DNA from: Myxococcales bacterium
Lineage (GTDB): Bacteria; Myxococcota_A; UBA9042
NCBI GenBank assembly: GCA_037441385.1
Contig: JBBISH010000082.1
Location: 1-30,948, forward strand
DNA length: 30,948 nucleotides
Direction: 5' to 3'
This document shows positions 17,647 to 24,669 of the stretch, one piece after another. The translations under genes and the position numbers were made by a program. Under the pieces are notes generated by a model. It did not search any database. It had not been told where the DNA came from and saw only the letters and a program-made list of their open reading frames with translations. Position 1 is the stretch's first letter, and every line of letters starts with the position of its first letter.

Positions 17647-18239
17647 TGGTGCCGGTGCGCCCGGCCCTGCTCATCGGCCTGGCCGCGAGTCTGGTGGTGG
17701 CGGCCGGCGTCGTGGCGGCGCTGGAGTACCGCAAATGGCAACGGAGGGTGCAGGTGATTGACAAGAACCCCGCGTTTTCGCACCGGAGCGCCCGCACCAA
17801 ACCGGTGAGTGCCATCGTCATTCACCACACCGTGACCGGCAACCCCAAGGCGACCGAGCGCGTGCTGGAGCAGCGCGGCTTCTCGACCCACTTCGAGGTC
17901 GCGCAAGACGGCACGGTGATTCGCTATTTGGACCCGGCGCAGTGGGTGGCGCTGGCCAGCAACTGGGCCAACGACCGCTCGATTGGCATCGACGTCACGC
18001 ACCTGTCGCACGCAGCCTGGCCGGCTGTCCAGGTCGACGCGGTGGCCCGCCTGGTGGCCGAGCTGCGCGAGCAGTTCCCGGGCATCGCCGCCGGCGTCGC
18101 CCCAGACGGCGTGCGCTACGACAGTTGGCACCAGGTGCCGGCGACGGTGGGCCTGCTGCGCCACCGCAACGTGCACGCCACCGAGTGCCCCGAAGACTTC
18201 CCCATGGAGCGACTGGGCCCGGTGGTCCCGCGCGCCTGA
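17646..18239 (+). CDS. N-acetylmuramoyl-L-alanine amidase (Amidase_2) with N-terminal TM
   Basis: IVIHHT, STHFEV..DG, NDRSIGI and HRNVHATECP zinc-ligand motifs. Confidence 0.88.
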   Translation: MVPVRPALLIGLAASLVVAAGVVAALEYRKWQRRVQVIDKNPAFSHRSARTKPVSAIVIHHTVTGNPKATERVLEQRGFSTHFEVAQDGTVIRYLDPAQWVALASNWANDRSIGIDVTHLSHAAWPAVQVDAVARLVAELREQFPGIAAGVAPDGVRYDSWHQVPATVGLLRHRNVHATECPEDFPMERLGPVVPRA

Positions 18240-18266
18240 ACCACCACCACCGCAAGGAGCAAGACC

Positions 18267-18410
18267 ATGAGCACGGCGTACTGCATGAAATGCGAGGGCA
18301 AGCACACCATCAAGGGCGAGACCAGCAAGAAGGCCAAGAACGGCGCTTACCTGGTGCGCGGCAAGTGCAGCAAGTGCGGCGGCAAGGTCGCGACCTTCAA
18401 GAAGGGCTAG
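18267..18410 (+). CDS. 47-aa Lys-rich zinc-ribbon protein, DUF5679-like
   Basis: Below the ORF-track cutoff; AAGGAG RBS; MSTAYCMKCEGKHTIKGETSKKAKNGAYLVRGKCSKCGGKVATFKKG. Confidence 0.78.
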   Translation: MSTAYCMKCEGKHTIKGETSKKAKNGAYLVRGKCSKCGGKVATFKKG

Positions 18411-18414
18411 TCCG

Positions 18415-18444
18415 CCTGCAGCCTATTCACATAGACGCCGGCGG
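18415..18444 (-). repeat. CTATGTGAATAG motif, copy 3 (inverted), 30-bp extended form
   Basis: Reverse complement is CCGCCGGCGTCTATGTGAATAGGCTGCAGG, identical to 23371-23400. Confidence 0.92.
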
Positions 18445-18467
18445 CGCCGGCAACCGACGAGGGCAGC

Positions 18468-18635
18468 ATGAGCAAGACGGTCAAGGTCGAGGGTTACACC
18501 CGCAAGGCGACGCACCGCAAGGGCGGCAAGGTCCGCCAGCACTCGCGCAAGGGCGCGGACGTGAAGGCGACCAAGGTGGCGGGCTACACCCGCAAAGCGC
18601 CGAGCAAGAAGGCCAAGGCCGGGCAGCTGCTTTAG
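18468..18635 (+). CDS. 55-aa highly basic protein, putative DNA-condensing core protein
   Basis: Below the ORF-track cutoff; GAGG RBS; MSKTVKVEGYTRKATHRKGGKVRQHSRKGADVKATKVAGYTRKAPSKKAKAGQLL with KVxGYTRKA twice. Confidence 0.68.
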   Translation: MSKTVKVEGYTRKATHRKGGKVRQHSRKGADVKATKVAGYTRKAPSKKAKAGQLL

Positions 18636-18827
18636 GCCCGGCCCTGGAGCTGGCGCGCCGCTGCGTGCGCTGGCCCTGGCTGGAGCCGTGGCCGACCTGC
18701 ACCTGCTGCGGGCGGTAGATCGTTGAAAACCTGCTAGTTCATGCACACCCCGCGCTGGCTTGAGCTGGCGCGGGGTGCTGTGGCGCGCGGTGATGGGCGC
18801 TGCTACACTGGAGGCCGGAGGTGCAGA

Positions 18828-18989
18828 ATGACAAAGGCAAACGCGCACAGCGACAAGCACAAGCCGACAAAGGCAGAGCTTCAAGAGCAGGTGCGGAAAA
18901 TCCAAAAGGAAGTTCGCAAGGTAGTGGGCGACAAGCGCAGCTTGGTCGACGAGTTCCTGGCCGAAAAGCACCAGGCCCCGCAGCAGTGA
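18828..18989 (+). CDS. vapB: Short VapB-like antitoxin
   Basis: GGAGG RBS; SLVDEFLAEK resembles VapB C-termini; GTGA overlap with the PIN gene. Confidence 0.62.
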   Translation: MTKANAHSDKHKPTKAELQEQVRKIQKEVRKVVGDKRSLVDEFLAEKHQAPQQ

Positions 18990-19378
18990 AGTACCTGCTC
19001 GACGCCTCGGCGCTGCTGGCCGTGGCCAACAACGAGCGCGGCGCCGACGTGGTCATGGATGCCGCCGGGCTCGCCGTGATCAGCTCAGTCAACTACGCAG
19101 AAGCCGCACTGAAGCTGCGAAGAACGGGCATTCCCATGACCGTATTGATGCAGCTCAAAGCGGTGTTTCCCGTTGTCCCGTTTGCCGCCGCCGATGGCTT
19201 CTACGCCGGTTCGATTGCTGTGGACAGACCCCGACGCGATTCTGGATTTGGGCTTGGTGACCGGTGCTGCCTTGCTGTGGCCAAGCGACTCAAGGCAGTT
19301 GTGCTGACCAGCGACAAGAAGTGGGCTGAGCACGACGAGGCGACCAAGACCGGCGTGCAGCTGCTGTTTATTCGCTAG
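18986..19378 (+). CDS. vapC: PIN-domain VapC-family toxin
   Basis: YLLDASALLA, ISSVNYAE, GLGDRCCLA, VLTSDKKW. Confidence 0.9.
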   Translation: MKYLLDASALLAVANNERGADVVMDAAGLAVISSVNYAEAALKLRRTGIPMTVLMQLKAVFPVVPFAAADGFYAGSIAVDRPRRDSGFGLGDRCCLAVAKRLKAVVLTSDKKWAEHDEATKTGVQLLFIR

Positions 19379-19381
19379 CTG

Positions 19382-19771
19382 CTACGCCACCCGGTCCGCA
19401 GCCCAACCCCGCACGACCCGCCCCACCCAGGGCTCGCGCACGTACCGATGCACCACCGCCGAGTACTCGGCCACGTCCTTCGGCACAAAGGCGCGGTGCT
19501 GACTGTCCAGCCCGGCAACCTGCACGGTCGCGTTGCGCCACTCGTTGGGCCCGACGCCGTCGCAGGACTGCCACGCGGCCCGGCTGGCCAGCTGCCACTG
19601 CACTTCGAGCAGCGCGCCCACCTCGTGGTGGTGGCGCACGCGGTGCTGCTCGCGGAGCTCGATGGTCAGGGCTTCGAGCATGTCCGAGTTGGCGCGGCCG
19701 TGGTTCAGGGCCAGCAGCTCGCGCACCAGGCCGCGGGTGTCGACGGTTCGTTCGTAGGAGCGGCGCGGCAT
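19382..19771 (-). CDS. Hypothetical protein (129 aa)
   Basis: GAGG RBS before the ATG at 19771; directly downstream of the nucleotidyltransferase-like gene. Confidence 0.6.
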   Translation of the reverse strand: MPRRSYERTVDTRGLVRELLALNHGRANSDMLEALTIELREQHRVRHHHEVGALLEVQWQLASRAAWQSCDGVGPNEWRNATVQVAGLDSQHRAFVPKDVAEYSAVVHRYVREPWVGRVVRGWAADRVA

Positions 19772-19785
19772 GGGTACCTCGAGTG

Positions 19786-19797
19786 CTATGTGAATAG
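19786..19797 (+). repeat. CTATGTGAATAG motif, copy 4
   Basis: In the 38-nt gap between two minus-strand genes; followed by GCTGCA as in copies 3 and 5. Confidence 0.9.
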
Positions 19798-19809
19798 GCT
19801 GCAAGCCCA

Positions 19810-20481
19810 CTACGACAGCTTGTAGCGCTTCTTGGCCTTGGGATGGCCAACGCTCTGCAGCATCGTTTCCAGGCGCCCCATCAGCAGCGGCGCGTACTTG
19901 GCAGTCAGCTTGCGCACCTGGTCGACGTCGGTGGTCGGCAGCAGCAGCAGGCGGCACACGTCGTCGTCGTCGGTGGGCCGGGCCGCCGCCAACTTCATGA
20001 TCAGGAGCATCGGCGCCGACACCACCGGCAGGCAGCGCCCGCCCACTTCGACCTGCAGTTGCTCGCGCTTGCTGGCGGCGATAGCGGCGCGAAACAGCGC
20101 GCTCAGGTCGCCCCACTCGGGGTTGCTGCGGTCGATGAAGTCGACGTTGACCCCGCTCGCCTTGTCGCTGGCGTTGAAGCCGCCAATCAGCAGCTCTTGC
20201 ACCTTGAGGCCCTTCTTGGTCGCCCAGGCTCGCAGCTTCGGCAAGTCTGCCGGGGCGACCCCCATGTCCAGGTCCTTGGTAAAGGCCTGCTGCGAGGGGT
20301 CGGTTACCCAGGCCCACACCGCCAGGCGGCCGATGAGCACGCCGGCGACGCCCGTTTCGCGCAGGGCATCGTCGGCCAGGCGGCCACTGGGCGCTGGGTC
20401 AAAGGTCGGGAACGGCCGGCCGGCGTTGACGATGGTGACGCCGTTTGATTTTGCGGGTTTGCTGCCGGGTTTGCTGGGCAT
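19810..20481 (-). CDS. Pol-beta-superfamily nucleotidyltransferase-like protein
   Basis: LIGRLAV...TKDLD, VDFI and LLIMKLAAARPTDDDD motifs (AbiEii/DUF6036-like pattern). Confidence 0.72.
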   Translation of the reverse strand: MPSKPGSKPAKSNGVTIVNAGRPFPTFDPAPSGRLADDALRETGVAGVLIGRLAVWAWVTDPSQQAFTKDLDMGVAPADLPKLRAWATKKGLKVQELLIGGFNASDKASGVNVDFIDRSNPEWGDLSALFRAAIAASKREQLQVEVGGRCLPVVSAPMLLIMKLAAARPTDDDDVCRLLLLPTTDVDQVRKLTAKYAPLLMGRLETMLQSVGHPKAKKRYKLS

Positions 20482-20531
20482 GGGTCACCTCGCCTTGCAG
20501 TCTAGGGGTGGGGCGGTGGGGGGAGCAAGGG

Positions 20532-20894
20532 TCAGGCTTTGGGCTTCTTGCCAAAGAGACCGCGAAAGAGCTCCAGAAGCCCGGGAATGGCGAATACAAC
20601 CAGCGCACCGAAACAGAACGACTGAATCAGCGACACCGCCTTGTCCAGCTCGATACCGCCAACTGTCATGCCGACCAGGGCGCAAAATGCCAAGAGAAAT
20701 ACCACGAAGCCAACAATGATCATGCGGTGTAGCCTGTCCAGCTCGGCCATCCGCGCCTTGTGGCGGGCCCGGTGTTGCTCAAGGCGTCGGTCGAGGTCGC
20801 GCTGATGGGCCTGAAGGTGTCGCTCAAGCAAAGTCAGCAGTTGCTCAAAGATAGCCCTGTCGGGGCTTTCGGGCGTTGGACTCGGCTGCGTCAT
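20532..20894 (-). CDS. Membrane protein (coiled coil plus two TM segments)
   Basis: GAGG RBS; IIVGFVVFLLAFCALVG and FCFGALVVFAIPGLL. Confidence 0.65.
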   Translation of the reverse strand: MTQPSPTPESPDRAIFEQLLTLLERHLQAHQRDLDRRLEQHRARHKARMAELDRLHRMIIVGFVVFLLAFCALVGMTVGGIELDKAVSLIQSFCFGALVVFAIPGLLELFRGLFGKKPKA

Positions 20895-20927
20895 AGGCTA
20901 TCCTCGCGGCACCCAAAGGAGGTGACG

Positions 20928-21464
20928 ATGCGACGACTACTTGTGGCAGCTCTGACCCTGGCCGCATGCGCGGCACCATATCGACAGATTCCGGTTGCAG
21001 ACCGGATAGCACCAGCCGCCAAGGTCGGTATCCTGGAATTCCGCGACTGCCCCAATGCGAAGGGCCCAACGTGCGACGGCAGCGGAGTGGCCGCTACTGC
21101 AGCATTTTCGAAGGGCTTTGAAGAAGAAGCCAAATTGACGCTGGTGCGAATTGCCCGGCCGGTTGCGGCCAACGCGCTGATCACCGACAAGCAGGCGATT
21201 GCGGCCGCAGCGGGCGAAGGCGTTGATTTTGTGTTGGTCGGCGACGTGCACGCGTACTTGGACATGCAGCCGTCCGGCGCACCCGTGGAGATGTACGGTG
21301 GGGGCAACCGCGACCAGGCTGGGCTGCTCGTGCGGCTGATTCGGCTTCGCGACAAGCGTGTGGTGGCGACCTTGAACCAGGACCAGACTGGCATGGCCAG
21401 GGACGTCCCGGACGAAATGTTCCAGAACATGGGCGCGGACTTCGCGCGGACAGTTCGGCAGTAG
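20928..21464 (+). CDS. Putative lipoprotein (alpha/beta domain)
   Basis: AAGGAGG RBS; MRRLLVAALTLAAC lipobox; GVDFVLVGDV strand. Confidence 0.75.
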   Translation: MRRLLVAALTLAACAAPYRQIPVADRIAPAAKVGILEFRDCPNAKGPTCDGSGVAATAAFSKGFEEEAKLTLVRIARPVAANALITDKQAIAAAAGEGVDFVLVGDVHAYLDMQPSGAPVEMYGGGNRDQAGLLVRLIRLRDKRVVATLNQDQTGMARDVPDEMFQNMGADFARTVRQ

Positions 21465-21465
21465 C

Positions 21466-21831
21466 TCACGCCGACTTCCGCTCTTCCAGCGGCCTCAGCT
21501 GAATCCCCCGCTCATCCGCGAACTTCTGGACGTCGGCCAGGTCGAAGCGAAGCTCGCCGAGGGCCTTGCGGGCAGAGAGCTGGCCGCGGTGCACGTACAT
21601 CCCGACCGCGCCAGCGGAAACGCCGAGCATGTCCCCGACTTCCTGCGACGTAAGACCGCTGATCATCGAACGAAAGCGCTCCAGCTCGTCCAGGCTGTAG
21701 ACGATTGCCGTCCCGCCCGCGACGCGCTCGTGCTGCAACTCACCCTTTCGGGTCCAGTGCCGCACCATGTACTCGGACATGTTGAGCATTTGAGCTGCTG
21801 CGCGTACCCCGAACAACTGTGCCTCTGTCAT
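21466..21831 (-). CDS. Tandem MerR/excisionase-type HTH protein, putative repressor or recombination directionality factor
   Basis: Two repeats: VRAAAQMLNMSEYMVRHWTRKGEL and TSQEVGDMLGVSAGAVGMYVHRGQL. Confidence 0.82.
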   Translation of the reverse strand: MTEAQLFGVRAAAQMLNMSEYMVRHWTRKGELQHERVAGGTAIVYSLDELERFRSMISGLTSQEVGDMLGVSAGAVGMYVHRGQLSARKALGELRFDLADVQKFADERGIQLRPLEERKSA

Positions 21832-21856
21832 GGCCGACTCTCGCGGCGTAGGCCGC

Positions 21857-21921
21857 ACTATACAAAATTGACGTGGGCACCGTCAAGACATGTTGACATC
21901 CCTACGAGCCCCCGCTAAGCT
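21857..21921. promoter_or_regulatory. Back-to-back sigma70-type promoters with operator-like inverted repeat
   Basis: Plus: TTGACA 21893-21898, N17, TAAGCT 21916-21921. Minus: TTGACG 21886-21881, N18, TATAGT 21862-21857. TTGACG-N7-CGTCAA at 21868-21886. Confidence 0.65.
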
Positions 21922-21944
21922 GCCCTCAACCCCTGGAGGCAGCC

Positions 21945-22454
21945 ATGAAGAACCCGCACCCAACCCCAAGAACAATCATGCACATGGTCCAGAGCGCGGC
22001 CGAGGCCCACCTGGACTGCCGACTGCGCGAAGCCGAGGCCCAGGCCGCCTTCGACCGCAACAACCGCGCCGAGCAGGCGCTGTCCACTGCCGAGAAAGCT
22101 TTCGTCCAAGCCCGGGCCAACCTGCTGACCTTCATCGCCCGGACCAACCCCACCAGCATGAAGGTGAGCGCGATGGACGAGTTCGCCGTCCTCGCCGCCA
22201 CCTACCGCGACCGCGCCAACGCCGGCCTGGCCGCCAGCGAGGAGTTCATCACGTCCTCGTACGACGTCATGCGCGAGCGCAACGACACCGGGACCCTCGC
22301 CAAGCTCAAGCTGGACCTGGAGCTCCGCGCCAAGCGCCTGAGGATGGCGGTCAAGGCCGAGCCCTGCGACTGCGACGAGTGCCAGTGGGAGCGCGACCAT
22401 CCCACCGTCAAGGACACGGCCGAGGTCGACGGGCCTTCCGGCGGGGAGGGCTAG
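21945..22454 (+). CDS. Helical hypothetical protein with CDCDEC motif
   Basis: GGAGG RBS; first gene of the rightward early operon. Confidence 0.65.
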   Translation: MKNPHPTPRTIMHMVQSAAEAHLDCRLREAEAQAAFDRNNRAEQALSTAEKAFVQARANLLTFIARTNPTSMKVSAMDEFAVLAATYRDRANAGLAASEEFITSSYDVMRERNDTGTLAKLKLDLELRAKRLRMAVKAEPCDCDECQWERDHPTVKDTAEVDGPSGGEG

Positions 22455-22457
22455 GTC

Positions 22458-22856
22458 ATGGCGACCACCCGCGAAGACATCCTTGCCCTGGTCCGCACCT
22501 ACGCCACAGACGTTGGCGCGTGCCAGTTTGCGAGCGACGCCCAGTACGCCCAAATGCAGGTCGCGGCTCGGGCCACGTTCGCCAAGATTGAGGCGGCGGT
22601 GGGCGAGTTGCAGCGGACGCCGGACGACTTGCCGGCCTGCATCGAGAGCTGGGTGCTTGCGAAGGCGGCGAGCGTCCGCAGCTGGAAGGCCATGAGCCTG
22701 AAGCGTATCGGACGCGACGAAGTCACCTACGAGATTGAATTGGCCATCGCGCGGCTGGTCAAGGCCGGCCGCCTGCAGCGCCTGAACTTTGGACACGGGC
22801 ATGTGGAATACGAGCTTCGCGCGGTCGACCAGGCCGCTGCCGACAAGGAGGCCTGA
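22458..22856 (+). CDS. Hypothetical protein with C-terminal winged-helix-like motif
   Basis: IELAIARLVKAGRLQRLNFGHGHVEYEL. Confidence 0.6.
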   Translation: MATTREDILALVRTYATDVGACQFASDAQYAQMQVAARATFAKIEAAVGELQRTPDDLPACIESWVLAKAASVRSWKAMSLKRIGRDEVTYEIELAIARLVKAGRLQRLNFGHGHVEYELRAVDQAAADKEA

Positions 22857-22859
22857 GCC

Positions 22860-23756
22860 ATGACCCCGAACCACACCCCAGACCCGCGTATCGTCGACAT
22901 CCTGGAAGCCGCCGAGGCCGTGGCCGTGGAGCGCGCCGCCCTGGCCGCGGCCCGCGCCGCCGAAGACGCCGCCCGGGCGGTCGAGCAGGCGGCCCAAGTC
23001 GCCTACGTCGAGGCCCACAACGCCAGCATCGCGGCAGTGCGCGAGGCCTGCACCAGCGTGGACTGGGCCGACGCCAACACCACCACCACCACCCAGCGCG
23101 CCTTGACCGCGTTTCATGCCCGGCGCAAGGCCAGTGATGCGGCGGCGGCGGCGCAGGCCGCGGTCGACCAGGCGCAGCAGCGGTTCAGCGCGGCGCTGGA
23201 ACGGCAGCAGGCCGCCATTTCGATGGTCGAACTGGCGCTGGCGGCGCTGAAGGTCTTCCTGGCCGAGCCGGAGACCGACCCGTCCAGCCTGGTAGACGAA
23301 CTCATGGACTCGCTGAAGGCCAAGAACTGGGTTGAGGTATCCGGCCAGGTCCCGCCGCGGGTCGAGCAGACCGCCGGCGTCTATGTGAATAGGCTGCAGG
23401 TGCCGGCACTCGACCGCGACCAGGCCATTGGCGCCCAGGTGCGGGCCGAGCTCGCCACCGCGCCGGCCCGGGTGCCTGTCTTGCCCGAGCCCGACCTCAC
23501 GGGGCTGCGCAGCCGCGCCCTGGCCATGATGAAGGTCTTGATCAAGGCCGACGCGCCCGTGGCCGTCGCCACCATCATGCGCGAAACCGGCTTGAGTTCC
23601 GCCGAGGTATCGCGAGCCGGCTACGACCTGCGCCAGGCGGGCAAGGCCCAGAAGCTCGGCCCGGGCTTTTGGGCCCACGCCAAGTACACGGGGCCGAAGT
23701 TCGACGACAACCACGACCAGCACTGGGCCAAGCGGACGGCCAAGGCGGAGGTATAG
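22860..23756 (+). CDS. Ala-rich coiled-coil protein with C-terminal winged HTH
   Basis: AAGGAGG RBS; VATIMRETGLSSAEVSRAGYDLRQAGKAQKLGPGFW. Confidence 0.7.
   Translation: MTPNHTPDPRIVDILEAAEAVAVERAALAAARAAEDAARAVEQAAQVAYVEAHNASIAAVREACTSVDWADANTTTTTQRALTAFHARRKASDAAAAAQAAVDQAQQRFSAALERQQAAISMVELALAALKVFLAEPETDPSSLVDELMDSLKAKNWVEVSGQVPPRVEQTAGVYVNRLQVPALDRDQAIGAQVRAELATAPARVPVLPEPDLTGLRSRALAMMKVLIKADAPVAVATIMRETGLSSAEVSRAGYDLRQAGKAQKLGPGFWAHAKYTGPKFDDNHDQHWAKRTAKAEV
23371..23400 (+). repeat. CTATGTGAATAG motif, copy 5, 30-bp extended form inside a CDS
   Basis: CCGCCGGCGTCTATGTGAATAGGCTGCAGG, in the linker of ORF 22860-23756. Confidence 0.92.
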
Positions 23757-23759
23757 GCC

Positions 23760-24056
23760 ATGGCCAAGAAGCGCATTCCCACCAAGCCCTTGCTGCTCAG
23801 CGACCTGCAGCGCGCTGTGCTGCTGCTCATCGGCCACACCGACCGCGCCACCGTGCACGGCCTGCTGCGCCAGCTGCCGGCGCTGGGGCACCAGGTGCGC
23901 CAAACCGTGCTCGAGCAGCTGCTCGAGGAGCTCACGGACTGGAATTTCTGCGCCAGCTACCCGTCGACGGACCGCCAGGGCCGCACGCGATACCTGCGCC
24001 TGACCATCCTCGGCCGAGAGGCCGTGGCTACCCCTACGGCTCAAATCGAGTTGTAG
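23760..24056 (+). CDS. Small winged-helix-like (PadR/MarR-like) protein
   Basis: GGAGG RBS; LEQLLEELTDWNFC...RTRYLRLTILGREAV. Confidence 0.62.
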   Translation: MAKKRIPTKPLLLSDLQRAVLLLIGHTDRATVHGLLRQLPALGHQVRQTVLEQLLEELTDWNFCASYPSTDRQGRTRYLRLTILGREAVATPTAQIEL

Positions 24057-24098
24057 TCTCAATGCCCTCGCCGGGCCACCCAAGGAGCCGTTACCACC

Positions 24099-24647
24099 AT
24101 GAAACTCTTGACCCTTCTCAAAACCTCGGCCCACCAGGCCATTGACGTGCGCCGCAAGACCCTGGAAGCCAAGCTCGCCCTGCTGGACCAGCAAGACGAG
24201 CTGATTGACGAAGTCGACGAGGCCACGCTGGCCGAAGTGCTCGAGCTGGTCGCCAACTTTGGCGGCCCGGACCTGACTGGCATTCCCGACCTGGCCGACC
24301 TGAGCGACCGCCTGGCCGACGTGGCCGTCAACAAGAAGGCGCCGGACGTCGCCACCCCCACCGAACCCGCGCCCAGCGAAGTCCTGGACCCGCCGCCGCC
24401 CGACCCCAACTTCGACGCGCAGCCGGCCGCCCTGGCCCAGGAGCACATCGACCTGGTGCACCAGGTGCTGAGCCGCCAGGGCGACCGCGTGCGCCAGAGC
24501 GAGGCCGGTCTGGTCAACCAGCTGCCCGAGCTGGGCGCCGAAGTCGTGAGCGCCGCCGTCGACCACCTGGTGAGCAGCGGCGTGGTCGAGCGCGTGGGCG
24601 AAGGCGTCGTCCGGGTGCTGACTCAATTCGTGCGCAGCGCGCTGTAG
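24099..24647 (+). CDS. Acidic hypothetical protein with C-terminal winged-helix-like motif
   Basis: AAGGAG RBS; VSAAVDHLVSSGVVERVGEGVVRV. Confidence 0.62.
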   Translation: MKLLTLLKTSAHQAIDVRRKTLEAKLALLDQQDELIDEVDEATLAEVLELVANFGGPDLTGIPDLADLSDRLADVAVNKKAPDVATPTEPAPSEVLDPPPPDPNFDAQPAALAQEHIDLVHQVLSRQGDRVRQSEAGLVNQLPELGAEVVSAAVDHLVSSGVVERVGEGVVRVLTQFVRSAL

Positions 24648-24669
24648 TACCCGCTGTAGGAGCCGAATC

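Noticed and set aside
13086..23392. CTATGTGAATAG sites as integron attC, dif sites or intrinsic terminators
   Set aside because: No RYYYAAC/GTTRRRY ends, no XerC/XerD two-arm layout and no U-tract after the hairpins.
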